Positions 12,901 through 53,709 of a stretch of DNA of 64,000 nucleotides are shown piece after piece. Below the pieces are notes generated by a model. It worked only from the letters and a program-made list of their open reading frames with translations. It did not search any database and was not told the origin of the DNA. This DNA comes from Lingula anatina (taxonomy: Eukaryota > Animalia > Brachiopoda): positions 5,456,001-5,520,000 of the forward strand of contig JBPQGU010000016.1 in NCBI GenBank assembly GCA_051362555.1, in the 5' to 3' direction. Position 1 is the stretch's first letter, and each line of letters opens with the position of its first letter. A program made the translations under genes and the position numbers.

Positions 12901-13887
12901 ACAAACCATGTCAGCACAACGTAAATTGGATATACTTGCAACAAAATTTAAAAATTAAAACAGTTTTAGATACAAAAATGAAAGTTACAGTGATATTAAT
13001 ACATTAGAATTCATTCCTTCTACAAAACAAAACTTGGGAGATAAAAAAAGACCACTGTAAAGCTTACAGTTAAACTGGTTAAGCTAATGTATATTTTCTA
13101 GAGTTCTTAGTTTACACACTCTGCGTGTGTGCTCTATGTCAATATATCTGTGTACCTACCAGCACCTACCTCAGCTAACTGTGACTACATCTTCAACTGG
13201 TGACTTGGGTTAGACTTGAAAAGAAGAAAACACAGGCAAGTGCAGCTATGCAGTGAAATAGCAAGTGAGGCTAGGACTAAGTCCTAAAGTGAAAGCACTG
13301 GTTCTGGCAGACGTTTTATCAAAATATTATATCTCCTCTTCCTCTTATAACAGAATACTATGTGGTACATAATTTTGCATGCAGGTTATTCACCAATGTT
13401 TATACTATATGTCCTGCAATTAAACAGAATTAAAAATTTTCAACAGAGAAATTTGTCTTTGATTTCCAATCAAAATTCAGACTTGATCTCTCACTGCCAG
13501 CACCAGTATTTATTGCTATAATATTGAATTGCTGAGGCACATGTATTATATGCAACATCTGCAGATGGTAAAATTGAGTGTGGCAATTTCATGTAATGTT
13601 AACTCTGATGTAAATCATACTTTCAGAAACAAACTCTACAACATTGCACCATTTCAATCAAGTGCACAATCAAATCTACAGCCCTTCCTACCAGTGATGA
13701 GGCATCTTGAGTCCATCTTTTCTCGGTTAAACTATCATTTCCCAATGTAACTGTGTAAGTGGAAAATGCATGCAAATGAAATACTCAGAAATCTCATGCT
13801 ATTACTTCAAATCCAACTGCAAAAACGCTCCCCTGTGTCAAACAAGCACACTCCACCCTACTGGCACCATGAGTGTGTGCCAGAACT

Positions 13888-39642
<25,755 letters not shown>

Positions 39643-40269
39643 CCTGAATCTTCTGTGGTGCTTCTACTATTTTATGTCTATTTAGGTGCAAATAGAGAAT
39701 TAAAACCTCTGATAATGTGGTCACACCACCACACCATATCTCCTTCAGGGACCACCTAAAATACCAATAAAAATATAATTATAAAAGTATTTTTAACCAA
39801 AACCTATAGATAATACAGATTTGGGTAGGGATGGAAGGGGGGGGGGGGGAGAGGACTGTATGTTAATGATGCAACTGATATCATGCTTTGCTTAAAAATG
39901 ATGTTTTCGCTTGTTACCAATAAAACTAGTGCATGAGGTAGGTACGTGTAGCTTAAAACTAATATTTTCATATATATCGCCAGTAAAACTGAAGAGGGTA
40001 GGTCTTAGCATGACAGGTGAGGGAAAATGTAGTCTTAATTACTGTTATTCAGTGCATTCAAATCATGTGTTAAGATTAGAGTAAATAGTATGCATGGGCA
40101 ATAAATAAGTCACGGGCTCAAAATTATTTCTATCTAATTTTCAATGTTCTTGCGACCGTCTCAACACAAGAGCAAGACCCTGGCACTGGAGGTCTAGATG
40201 AATTATTCAGTCACATTATTTGCCAACGTAATAAGAGTAAAAACTTGATTCTTGTCAATTCTTTATTAC

Positions 40270-40600
40270 CTTAACAACTGTATTCGTCCAGAAACAGAGA
40301 GAAATAATCCAAGTTCGTCATTGATTCAAATTTTTTAATATCGAGATGGGGTGGGTGTAATCAAAATTCTGTATTAAATCGGAGAACCATCGTTCAACGG
40401 TTATCTTGGGTAGTAGGATCTCTAATCAATTATCTTATCATTAGCAAGCGGTAACTAAGGAGAATTCAATTAACTTAAGTGGCAATTAACGGACAATTTA
40501 CCTGAAGCACCTGTCCCGCTTTTCGAGTTTGTTGTGGAGAATTCCGAGCATGCGCGTTAAGCAATTACACAACTGTAGAGGGCTTCATCAAGATAATACC
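40270..40600 (-). promoter_or_regulatory. Probable TTLL5 promoter and non-coding first exon(s)
   Basis: Donor-like AAG|GTAATA at 40270 and CAG|GTAAAT at 40502; CpG-richer patch with GAGCATGCGC (NRF1-like); lies between the acceptor at 39755 and the FUT8 poly(A)-signal candidate near 40758. Confidence 0.45.
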
Positions 40601-42969
40601 AACTCTAAGGGAAAACGTAAAATTGTTGATGAAAAATATCGCATTAAACATAGATTTAACAACATTGTCATGTGTATGCTCTCTATTTCATATTCACAAA
40701 CATGACATTTTACCACTTGCCAGTGTTCTAGAAAGAAAGAAAATGACAACTATGTGCTTTATTTTGTATGCCCAACCTAAGATCTAATAAACAGATATAT
40801 GGTATATTAGATCTTAGGCCCAACTAACACAATGCAAAGCACCTTCCAACCCTTCCATGTATTAGACAAGAATACGGTGAAAAATAAATTTTTCGTAAAT
40901 GACTTAAATGCGTTTGTTAAATAAAATAAATGAAAAAAAAAAAAGAATTATTGGCAGTTTATTAAATAAAATAAATGAAAAAAAAGCATTATTGGCAGTT
41001 TTAGTAGAACATATAAAATAACATTGGGGACGTACTTTTGCTCCATAACAAAAATTAAATTCCAAGATAACAGCAAACATCACCCTTTTTGGCAAAAAGA
41101 ACTCAATGAAAAAATAATAATTGGACTACTAGTTCTTTCTTTGGCGTTGAAAAAACTGTTTTCAACTTGTAATTTATTTAACTTGAGTAAGTTCAAAGTC
41201 GCTTTATTTAAGCAACCCAAGCTAGTCTTCTACTTTTCATTAGATATATTTAACTATCTGCTATTGCACATACAATGCTCACATAATACTTTCACCTCTT
41301 GTCATACAGATATTGCAACTTACAATAGTGAAAATTGAATATTATTACATAAATGTAGTTATTTTATTACTATTTTCACCACTGGAAGCCCATAAAATTC
41401 ATTTTTTCATCCATTTGACTTTTTAAAATCCTAAAGTTTGTTATAGGCTCCCTTAAATTTAAAGTGATTAAGTAGGTCAATGTATTTTTAAGACCACAAA
41501 CAGTAAGTATTTTATAACCTTATACCATCATGACAACAGCATCATATTCAGTTTATCTATAAGAACCAAATGCCTGCCACCTTTAATCCTTACTCTTCTT
41601 AACTTCCCACAGAGGCAAATGTAAAAGTTTCAGTCATTCACTAATAAGTGTCATCACTGTTGGACTTTGAGCCACCTTAATGCTTAAAACTTTTCCACCA
41701 ACATTTTCTCAGAGGTATAGTGACATACAACACAGGTAATTGGAAAACTGCAGTAAAACCAAAGGGAGGAAAAATTTCTAAGATGAACAGTGTTGATAAT
41801 CTAGTTATTTTACCTATATAACATATTCCAAATCAGTGCTATGTTTATTTTTTTACATAACTTTTACCTTATTTTTCTTTATAATCAATGATTTAGAGCA
41901 CTAAGAGCAGTATTTCATTTCTTAATCTGGAAATAATCAACAATTATTGCAAACTGCATCAGTTTTCAACCACTGCCAACATATGTGTAAAGGGGACACG
42001 GGATGCCTCAAACACAAACATACATATAAAAATAGCTTGAGCAAAACATACAAATGCTCATTTCTAAAGTAGCTTTACTCAATACAATCAGTTGTAAAAT
42101 ACTCTAGAAATGCATAATATAATATACTAATGAAGAAGAAAATATATAGTTACAACATGCAGAAAAGTGGATACACATATATTTCAACAGCTGTAATTCA
42201 ACATGAATACAAAGTGTTGAAGGTAAAGAAACTGAGTGCTACATCACAACCATTAAAATGGAAAATATGACATCATTACAGAATAGTTACATCTATTTAA
42301 CTTACATGATAAGGTATCCAATTATTATATAATATATAATCTAAAAGTAGCAACACCATACATCATTAACTTCATTATGATATGATAATCAAATACTGAC
42401 TGTACGTATCGACATAACATCTTAAATGACAATTATTTTACATCGCATAGATGTTAATTACATAATTGTACATCAATCTGAACTGAAGAATCACAGAAAT
42501 ACATACCATAATACAACTAAACTGACTAACATTTTTGGAAGGCAGCTGTTCTTTAAAAAATTGGTACTATTTTGAAATGAAGCAAACCGAATAGTTACCA
42601 TGTCAAAAATTAAAGAGATGGTATAATCACTATCTCATATTAAAATGAATATTTTTGGCTAACTTTGAAAATTAAAGCATCTACAAATGTTGAAAACAGT
42701 AAATATGTAGATTTCTACCAACTGTTGTCTTGTATATAAAACCTGCCTGTAAAATGCACTGAACATTTTCTGTTAGTAAGTTAAAGTTAAAATTCTGTAT
42801 TTCAGGTTGAAGTCATGTGGATAACAATCAACAAAGAAAAATAGAAAAGAGGATGCTATGACCACAAAGTAAATACTCAAATCATTTCTTTTATAAAAGA
42901 AGTAACAATCGAAATAACTTAATGTATAGGACAATATATGTCTAAAAAAACTAATGTCAACCATAAAAA

Positions 42970-45900
42970 TCACGTGTTCTTATCAGCCTCAGGGTAAGTT
43001 GGGAACTTGGCTATTTCAATCTTTTCTTTAACTTTATATGATGGATATAGACCTGTCTTGGAAACTCTTTTATTTTCTCCTTTTGAATATCCATCCCAGT
43101 GGTTTCCAGCAATTCCAACTAAATCCCCAGGTTCAAGAGGAATTTCTCCTGGCCGCGGACTATGTGCATAGATTGCTATCTGATTATGTCCGTGCTGTCC
43201 GCCATAGTAATAGACATCGTCAAGTGAACGGAAGTAGGTTGAAGCGTCTGTGTGCATCGTCTGCATTATTTCGTAGGCTAATCGACATACCTGAAACACA
43301 TTTTGGAGAAGGATTATATAATTACTACAAAGTGCAAAAGAATCTTTGGCTGAAAGGAAGTAAACTAATAACACAAAAACTTTAAAACTCTAAATTCTGG
43401 AAAAGCTAAAATTTGGGATGAACTAGCAAGGTGACTTACCTGAGATGAAAAAGTACAAACAAGAAAATCCGTCATGGATAAGAAATGTATATCTATGATG
43501 ATTCCACGTAAAGACATGTCAGAGTACCTGCTGCCCAGACCAGCTGATTTGGCAATGTCTTGATCCCCAACAAATTCATAATTAGGGAACCTGAAGAATC
43601 AAGCGAACAGTGACCTAATTTAAGAGCAATATATATTATATATTGGCACTATATAGAACATTTACACAATCTAAATACAGTTTCTTCAAGAAATTACAAA
43701 GAATTATACCTATTTTGTTGAGGAATCTGTTCTTAACTTGCAATGAATTTGGTATTCAATTTAATTTTTTTGATTCTATTAAAATTTATGTTCTTTAATA
43801 ACATTAAACTTTCATACACCACAGAGCCTCTTACTTGGATCTTGCCTCAGGAAGAACTCCAGGATCATCTGAAGCCAAATAGACTCGTTTTTTCTCTATC
43901 TTTTGTCTCCTTGACAACAGTTCATAATATTCATCTACGTGAAACATGTACTCTTCAATAGAGTGGAAGGCTGCCTCAGTGCCAACTTTATCAGTCCGCC
44001 GGACATGTATTCTGGTAGAATAAGACAAGAAAACTCAGACTTAGAGAGATTCAAGTTGAATTATCAAACATTTCAATACTTATAACAACCAACTGCCAAT
44101 TACTGTATATACTTTAACTGTTAATATAGTTACAGGTTTGATTTTTCCTAAAACCTTAACATCAGACCCATCAAAGCAATCAAGACTTCGTGTATTATTA
44201 CAACACCAGCAACTTACCCTACAATTGGGTTTTTAAAACCAAATTTCGCTTGGACATTGTCCAAGTCTTGTTTTAATTCTGGTTGGTAGCGTAAGAGATA
44301 TTTCACAACCTGTCCCATCCACCACACAAAAGGGTGTCCATGGAAACGTGTGAGGCGAGGCGCCAGATCTTCTGGTATGGACTGAGGAAGTTGATCAGGG
44401 CGAGGACGGATACTGTCAACAATTGGTAAACTGACAGCCTGGACATCTTTTATCTCGTTCTCAGCTGAAATACATTGAGATTTTATCATGTGGCTGTGCT
44501 AAATAACTATATCAAATTTTGTTTGAAGAAAATATAGTTTCATTATCTGAATGATTCCAGGTACTAATTAACAACTGATAATGAAAAGACTGTTAAACTG
44601 CCAAGTTAGTCTGGCACATCATACTATAATTAATATTTGACATGAAAAGTATGTTATTTGATTACCTGCAGGTGCTTGAATGGTGGAGTGTGGAATTTGT
44701 AATGCAATTAACAAGACGTGCAAACAAGTACAGTTCTAATATATACAATGTGTTCACATGTGTACATTATTGTAACTAGAGGATCAGAGAGGCGATACCG
44801 CCTCTGGATATTGTACCACCAGCTGGAGTAAGCTCATTCGTATGGAACACCAAAAAAAAACAAGGCAGCAAAGCTGTCAAATGTACAGACAAAAACACAA
44901 AATAAAAATGCAGAAAATGGTTCATTTTGTCAATTTTGATGCCTACAATAGCACTGTCAATCAACGCTGAAATTTAATCATGCACAACAGGTGACATCGT
45001 CAATAACAGGAGCTGATCCAGAGATATTTTCTGACAGTATTCCAGATTATCTTTGTTGATCCATCCTACATTTTTGATGGTCTTCCAACAGAAAAAAGAG
45101 ATGCCCATCAATGTGATCTTTAAAATCTGAAAGACCCAGAAGATGGCCTCAATCCACCCCTGCAATAAGATTACAGTTTCAGGACCAAATTCACATAATG
45201 AAAATCCCAATATCTAAATAATGATGACAGTGCATAAGATAATATTACATAATGTTTAAAGACATAAAAACCAATGCAACTGCTTATGTGGAAATACAGA
45301 AAATGTGAAGAGCTTCAGGTGGATGGGAGCTGAAAATGCCAGTGTTTGAAAAAAAAAAAAAATTAAAAAGAAAACACAAAAATATCCCATTAAAGCTGCT
45401 ATTCAAACTTTTAATCTTGCTGTAATAACATGATATGAATAACCCCAATGTGTTTGAGGATAATAAGACACTGTTATTCATCTATTTTTTTTTGTTTTGT
45501 TAACTTATTTGCAATATTAAACAACATTTACCTGCATAATTATCATAGATTCCTAATTATGTGACACAGTTTAGAGAGCTTAACCTATGGGACTTTACTG
45601 GGAAGTCTCAGCGTGTGTTTTATGTAATCTTATTTAATGGGCACTTGGAAATCAATTAGGCAAATGATTTTATAGCTCTGAATTTAGCTTGTGACTATCC
45701 CAAGGGGCAATTACCACCACCCATACACAGTAGCCCCATATAGCACTCTATAGAGCTACATTGCTTGCAAAACAGAAAACAATCACACTGATTTTCCAAC
45801 ACAAACTGCACATCAGTCTTACGAAACTTTTCAGTAAGTTTGAGTATCATAAGTAACATGGTTTTTCCTTAATGGTCATTCCGGCAGCCATTTCCAAAAT

Positions 45901-48900
45901 TAGGGTTTTCTTCAACTTTTATGCAATATAACATAATGACCATTAATTTTTAATAATAAAATAAAAGTATCATGGATTTACAGAAAATGTGACATGGAAA
46001 TGTCTTCAAGGCCATGGAAGTTCAGAGTCACACTTTCAAAATGCTAAAATGTAAACAAAAGATAACTGTATTGAATTGATTTTCTTTCCATTTTCAACAT
46101 CTTTTTTTCATATAACAAAATAATCAATTTACTGTCATTTTTAAATGAACAACTAAGAAAATTGCTGTCATAGGAAAAATATCAATAGAACAATTTTAAA
46201 TGTCCATTTTGCTCCATTCTGAGATTCTGAACATGGTGAATGATTGAATCTGACAAACTGTAAAGATACGAGTTTATTATTATTTCCATTTTTGACACTT
46301 TGTTATATAATACACAATAACAGGTTAACCATCTTTTTTATATAATCAACTAACAATATTGTTAAGATGCAGAAAATGTCAAAAGAACACCTTTACATAT
46401 TTAATTAGTTCACAGAGGAGATTCTTAACATGCCTAAGAATTAAATCAAAGGAAAAAAAAAAACACTTATATACAAAAAAAAGGCATAACTTCACCAAAA
46501 CTGAACCATTTTCAAACTCCATCTGTATTTCAGTAAGACTGATCTCCCCTGTAAATTTCAAGACAATTGGCCAATTGATTTTTCTTGAAATGCGTTAGCG
46601 GTATTGCATACATGCTGAAAAAAGTGAAAAAAACAGCATAACTTCCATAAAATTGGTCCGATCACGCTGATTTTCAAACTTTGCCTATGTAATATGAATA
46701 TTTATCAGTTCTGTAAGTTTCAAGCCAAAAGGTAAAACAGTTTTTCACTTATCGTGTATCAGTGTTGCATATATGCTAAAAAAATGAAAAAATAGCATAA
46801 CTTCCATAAAAATGACCCGATAAAGCTGATTTTCAAACTTGACCTGCGTATTATAAATATTCATCAGTTCTGTAAGTTTCAAGCCAAAAGGTAAAATGGT
46901 TTTCCACTTATCATGTTATCGGTGCTGCATATATGCTGAAAAAAGTGAAAAAACAGCATAAATTCCCTAAAAATCACCCGATCATGCTGATTTTCGAACT
47001 TGACCTGCGTATTAAGAATTTTCATCAGTTCTGTAAGTTTCAAGCCAAAGGGTAAAATGGTTTTCCACTTATTGTGTTATCGGTGCTGCATATATGCTGA
47101 AAAAGTGAAAAAACAAGTAATTTTTTAAAAAATGGCCAGATCATGCTGATTTTCGAACTTGACCTGCATATTATGAATATTTATCAGTTCTGTAGGTTTA
47201 AAGCTACAAGGCAGCAATTGTTTATTATTATTATTGTCCTCTTTGGCCCACTTCTGACAGTTCCTGAAAATTTCAGCAAAATCGGTACATAACTTTTTGA
47301 GTTATGTTGATGACAGACAAACAGGGGTGAAAATATAACCTCCTTGGCAGAGGTAAATATAATTCCAAAGAAACTGCTATTCAAACTTTTAATCTTTGAG
47401 TTTGATATATATATATATATACAATCATAAGTAACACGGTTTTCCCATAATGGTCATCATGGCAGCAGCACCAAAAATTGTGTTTCCTTCTATTTTGATG
47501 CAACATTACATAATGCTTAACAGCAAAATGACCATCAATTTTTAATAATAAAATATACATGTCATGGATTTTCAGAAAATGTGACTAGTATGGGTCTTCA
47601 AGCCTGTGGAGGTTCTAAGTTGCACCTTGAAATTGCCAATAAGTGAAAAATTAAATTTTCACAAAAAACTGCCAGAGAAATTTACCAAACAGACTGCATT
47701 GCCTACTGAGGCTGTATGTTAGACCGATGTTTCTTTCTTGTAAGTTTGAGAACAGCAAGTGACATGTTTTCCCTTAAATGGTCATCATAGGAGCAGTGCC
47801 CTAAATAGGGGTTTCTTCCAATTTTGATGCAACGTTACATAATGTTTAACAGCATAATAACCATCAAATGTTATTAATAAAATATTAGTAACATGGACAT
47901 TCAGAAAACATGACAAGCAAAGGTCTTCAGGCCCATGGAACTTCAAAGTCACATCTTGAAAATGCCAAAATGTAAACAAGACAGCACTGTCCTGAAATGG
48001 GTTTATTTCCATTTTTAACACTTTTTTTTAACATAAAACAAAATAAACATTTTACTGCCATTTTTATATGACCAACTAAGAAAATTGATGAGATGGGAAA
48101 AGTATCAATAGAACAGTGTTAAATGTCCAATTTCCTCCATTCTGAGATTCTGAACATAGTGGATGATTGAATCTGACAAACTGCAATGATATGAGTTTAT
48201 TTCCATTTTTGACACTTTATTACACAATACATGATAACAAGTTTACCATGTTTTTTTACATAATCAACTAACAATGTTGTAAAGATGCAGGAAATATCAA
48301 ACAAACACTTTTACGCATCTAATTAGTTCAATAATGAGACTGTTAACATGCCTAATAATTGAATCTGAGGAAATGTGAAAAAACAGTATAACTTCTAAAA
48401 TAATGGCCCGATTATGCTGATTTTCGAACTCAACCTGCGTTTTAGTAAGATTGACCACTCCTGTGAATATAATGCCAATTGGCCAATCCGTTTTTCTTAT
48501 ATTGTGTTATCAGTGTTGCATTTATATTGAAAAGTGAAAAAACAGCATAAATTCCCTAAAAATAGCCCAATCATGCTGATTTTCGAACTTGACCTGCGTA
48601 TTAAGAATTTTCATCAGTTCTGTAAGTTTCAAGCCAAAAGGTAAAATGGTTTTCCACTTACTGTGTTATCGGTGCTGCATATATGCTGAAAAAGTGAAAA
48701 AACAGCATAAATTCCCTAAAAATGGCCCAATCATGCCAATTTTCGACCTTGACCTGCATATTATGAATATTCATCAGTTCTGTAAGTTTCAAGTCCAAAG
48801 GTACAATGGTTTTCCACTTATCGTGTTATCGGTGCTGCATATATGTTGAAAAAAGTGAAAAAACAGCATAAATTCCCTAAGAGTGACCAGATCATGCTGA

Positions 48901-51900
48901 TTTTCGAACTTGACCTGCGTATTATGAATATTCATCAGTTCTGCAAGTTTCAAATCAAAAGGCAAAATGGTTTTCCACTTATCGTGTTATCGGTAAAAGT
49001 GCACGGCGACGGCGACGACAGACGCAGATGATGGCTATATGTACAGACACATCTGTGTCTGTACATAAAAAAAGGGACACCACTACCAGTCTTGTGCTTG
49101 ACAAGCTCCATAAAATGCAATAAACAAGAATTCTCAAAATATCCAAAAAAAAAAAAAAAATGCAAAAAAAAAATAATAATAATAATAAATAAATAAAAAA
49201 TAACTGTAAAAATGGTCCTATCAATTTTTGAATTGACTTGTGTTTTCCTCACATTGATCACTCCTGTGATTTTCTAGACAAAAGGCCTATTGGTTTTCCT
49301 CGAAATGTATTATCAGTGTTGCATATTTGCTGATGAAAAAGAAAACCAAGGGGCAACACTGGGCATATCTCTGCTAGTTTTGAAGATATGAGGGGCAAGA
49401 AAATATGCAAAGTTTAGTTCATGGTGAAAAAGAAGATCAAAGGTCAATTTCAAGGTCACAGTATAAGACTTCCTATTCAAGTTCAGTAGTAACTATGGGC
49501 ATTTCTTTGCCAATTTTGGAGATATAAATGCCAGAAAACATGCAAAGTATAGTTCATCATAAAAAGTAAGTCAAAGGTCAATTTCAAGGCCTCAGTTAGA
49601 TTGCCAGTATATGCTTTCCTATTTAAGTTCAATAGTAACTATGGGTGTATCTCAGCTAATTTTGGAGTATTTCACATTTTATTTTCACCACTGAATATCG
49701 GATATTGAACTTTTTGACATAATGCAATGCCTAAGCTGAATCGAAAAAGGAAAAATGGACACCACCTTCTGTGTTGCACTTGATAAGCTCTACAAAATGC
49801 AAAAAACAAGAGGTCTCTAGCATTAACGGTTCCAGAATTAGAGAGAAAGTTTTCAGTTTCGGCATCTAATGGCCGCTACTCCCATAAAAATGCACCGATT
49901 GACCCCAAAATCAAAAAGATGAAAGATGACCCAAAGGGTAACAACTACCCATAATATTATAGGTAAGATCTGTGTAGTTTCTGAAAATCAGCAGAAATAA
50001 AAACTTTTTCTGCAAAAAATTAAGATTTTTAGAAAATTTTGGCCCGTTTGACCTTGAAATAAAGGTCAAAAGTCAAATCCAAGGGCATATTTGGAATCTT
50101 CACATATGACTTTTGGTCAGGCTTCTGTAGTAATTTTTCCCATAATTCCTTTGATTTGGGAGATATTTGGCATTGAATTTTCAAAAATTTTGACAAGGGT
50201 GCGTTTCAACGAGCATCATGCCCAGGCCAATGCACTGACTGAGACAAAAAGAACAGGGGGTTCAAGTTGAGATTATATGTGACCTAAATCCAAGAGATGG
50301 GGACATGAGTCCTTGCAGTCTAGGAGGAGAAGCGGTAACGGTGACTTGTATCCGGCGCCAGTACGTGGAGCCGGTGGAGCCGCAGGAGCCAGCGGAGCCG
50401 TACGAGACGGGTCGGGACTAAAACCATGAGTACCGCCAGCGTACACGCTGGCGGTACTAATTAATCAAGGGTAACAATTACAAGATTCCAAAGTCACACC
50501 ATAAAAATGTCAATGTGTGAAAAATCACATAATAACCTGTTTTTTCATGCCAAAAATCTCTCCACTAGATTTGAGGAGGATAAGTTACTCGTTTCCCATT
50601 TATTGCAATAATAGTATAACACCGTGGCAATGGTACTGATGATGACAGATGCAGGTGATGGCTTTATGTACAAACACATGCAACCTATTTATTTCCAGTG
50701 TACTTACGTCCCCAGCCTCTGGAGGATTTTGCAGCCGCGTTCCGACAGCTGTCACTCACAGGCATGAACACTTTCTCCCATCCCCCGCTAGAATACCGCC
50801 AGCCACTGGACTGGAGGATCATGGTACGTTCAGTGGCATACGCAAGAATAAAACAGTATGCGACATGGTGGATCTGGCAGCCAAAGCCACAGCCTTTATT
50901 GACATTACAGATCAGCTTCTTGGCATTTTGGCAGTCTTTGGGATTCTGAAGTAAAAATTTGCTTCAATGATCACACAATCCTAGATGTATGATGAATTTT
51001 ACCCGCTTAAAAACAAATTTTATATATTCTAACAATTCCTAGACATATGATGAATTTTAACCGTGTAAAAACAATCAATGTATTAGATATCATATTCTAT
51101 GGTACTGGCTGAATCTGTATCTCACTGTAATATGATCAATTCTTGAATATTCAAAATATCTACCTGCAAATAATGAAATCGTCGTTGTACAAGTGCTTCT
51201 AAATCTTTGGCTTCCTTTTTCCTCCAATCTTCTGCTCCATCAATTTGGCTTAAACTATGCAAATCTGTTAGTATGGACCTGTTGGAAAACAATAATTTGG
51301 AGCAATTAACATTCTCAAAATGTCAAATAACTGTTCTTATTAAGCCTTCTACATCTGATTAAATTCTAATATGTAGGCAATTAATGACCTTTTTGAAAGC
51401 CAATCTTCTAACTCAACGCTTTAGATGACCAAGCATTACCAGTTATGTAACCCTTCAACATATTTATTATCAAAAAATATAAAGTCATAAAAACATGATT
51501 CATATACTGTTTATTAGTAAAAAGTATAAAGTAATAAAACCATGATTTACATACCTTTCTTGATGCCCTGCATCATCTAATAAGTCATTCACTTTTGTGT
51601 TTAACTGTCTATTATCCTTAGCAACATTTTTTATTTTCTTTAACTCGGAGCGTATGAAGTACCACAACTCTGTCACACCGTTGTAAAGTTTTCTTCGCAG
51701 TTTTTCGTGTTCGGCACTAGGACCGTCTGACAGAATTTTACTGCCAGCAACAGCATCACCCTCAGCTACAAAAAATATTAAAAAGATACCAAATGCTTAG
51801 TCTTAATCCCCCTCAGGAAGTGATCCACAAGAGATATCAAGATAAAATCAAGGTAGCAGTTAGAACTACATGGACATGTCTTCTCGATCTATCTTAAAAT

Positions 51901-52621
51901 CATCTTTACTTAACGACAGTACAACTGAACTAAACTTTTACTAAGTCAGTGTTTAAACACCTAGTAAAGTTAATATTTCAGCTTAAGAAAAATTCTAAAT
52001 GAAATATGCATCTGCTTGCTAATACCTTGATTTAGAGGTGCTTTGTCTCCCATCTGAAGATTTAGCTGTCTTATTTCTCTATTGGCTTCATTTAATTTAT
52101 TCTGTAGTAATTTGACTGCAGCACTATTCTCACCACCTACTCCAACCACCAGCCTTACATCCCTGAAAACATGTTATGTCCTGGGTCATATCTGTTATAT
52201 GACTAATGATGGGTTTGAAAGCTCAATCAAATTTGCAGCATATCATACATCCCTGAGTGCATGAAAAAATTGGTTGTCTTCCAATTAATCTACCCTGGTA
52301 CAACACCACCTTGATATTTTCATCATATTAAAATATCATATGAAAATAGTAAATTTAATATGAAAAATTGAAATTCAATAGAATAAAAAAACATTGTCAA
52401 AACAGAATCTCAAACCAGAGAAAGCAGTACCTGAGTTCATTGGTCAACCTCTGTAGTTCTAAGTTCTGTTTTTTAAGCAGTAGAATTTCTTCCATTGCCT
52501 TAGTCAGCTGTCTCTCCATCTTGTCCCCTGTGTCACTGGGCTGCATCACCATAGTGCTGAGGTAGACTAGGATCAGCACCCAGGCCGCCACCAAACATAC
52601 CACCACACGCCACAGGTTCAT
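42970..52621 (-). CDS. FUT8: Alpha-(1,6)-fucosyltransferase. Exons approx 52431-52621, 52027-52163, 51556-51766, 51164-51278, 50708-50946, 44218-44465, 43835-44011, 43440-43590, 42970-43291
   Basis: N-terminal signal anchor, [59 protein letters not shown]3 domain [25 protein letters not shown]. Confidence 0.96.
44773..50462 (+). mobile_element. Outer HINE-like element (44773-44851 plus 49073-50462) interrupted by the inner element
   Basis: 5' aactagagg...gtaccaccagc matches the 3' 14-bp hairpin agtaccgccagcgt-ac-acgctggcggtact at 50429-50458, preceded by short ggagcc repeats. Confidence 0.65.
44852..49072 (+). mobile_element. Second, internally duplicated copy of the 23934-27204 Helentron/HINE-like family
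   Basis: Same 5' end, same ~160-bp tandem units (46600-47180, 48370-48990), identical 3' hairpin at 49038-49067. Confidence 0.8.
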
Positions 52622-53659
52622 GCTCTCCCTGCCTGCCAGATGACCTGATGGGAAAATAAGACTCACTTTACTTTCATAGGAAATGGTAAATGAACTTCCT
52701 TATTCATTATTCATCCAAATACAATGTTGGAGCCAGTAAAGAGCCACAACTGTGAAATGAACCTAGGGTGCTGAAAATGCTGTCATTACCAAAATTGAGT
52801 GCCAGCATGTTTTTTGCACATTTATACCTGAAACAGTCATTAAAACAGTCATCTTTGTCAGCCGACATCAAAAACATTGCTTATTGGTACTGAACTACAG
52901 CCAGTAGCCACAGTGACCTCTACTTACTAAGTAACATATTTCCTTAGAGATCAGTCACAGTTGTCAAATAATAACACATATATCAGACAAGTACTAGTAT
53001 GCTCAGTACATTGCACTGATGATTACAGGTATCTAAGCAGTCACCAAGAACACAATGGTCAAATGCAAAGCACTGAATACTCCAGATGTCTATACTTGAT
53101 AATCAGATCTGAAGTATGCAGTATACACAGTTATATATATATATAATAAGTGTGAAGTGAGATAGGTGGTAGTTTGATGGGGTAGACCATTACCTTACAG
53201 CTGTGACTATCTTCACCTTGTCATCAACCCTACTATAACCCTAGTGCCTTCATCTAGCCTGGAGGGGGGTCAGAGGTCACACCGCGTCTCAAGGGGCTCT
53301 GGAGTACATAAATCAAACTATCAAAGACGAATACTACATACATGTACAGATATAGGCAATAAATCTGAAAACACAGAATATCAAATAAAATACAGACCAG
53401 TGGACATACACATGACTGACTAGACTACAATACTTCAAGAAATATAAAAGGAGGAACTAGAGCTAGATATCAACAAATACATATTGAATTTAAGAATTTA
53501 TCTGGATACCAATAACAATAATAATAATTACAATTATAACTATAGTAATATAAATAATGACAACAAAAATAATCCTAATTATTTGGATACAATTATTGCA
53601 GTATACATAATATTTCAATGAAGTGAAATGCATATATATATCTTTTAATTTTTATATTA

Positions 53660-53707
<48 letters not shown>
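53660..53707. repeat. (CA)n microsatellite
   Basis: Direct reading. Confidence 0.95.

Positions 53708-53709
<2 letters not shown>

Noticed and set aside
48589-49261. ORFs inside the ~160-bp tandem units (also 26493-27164)
   Set aside because: Short, frameshifting between copies, no recognisable transposase or RepHel motif
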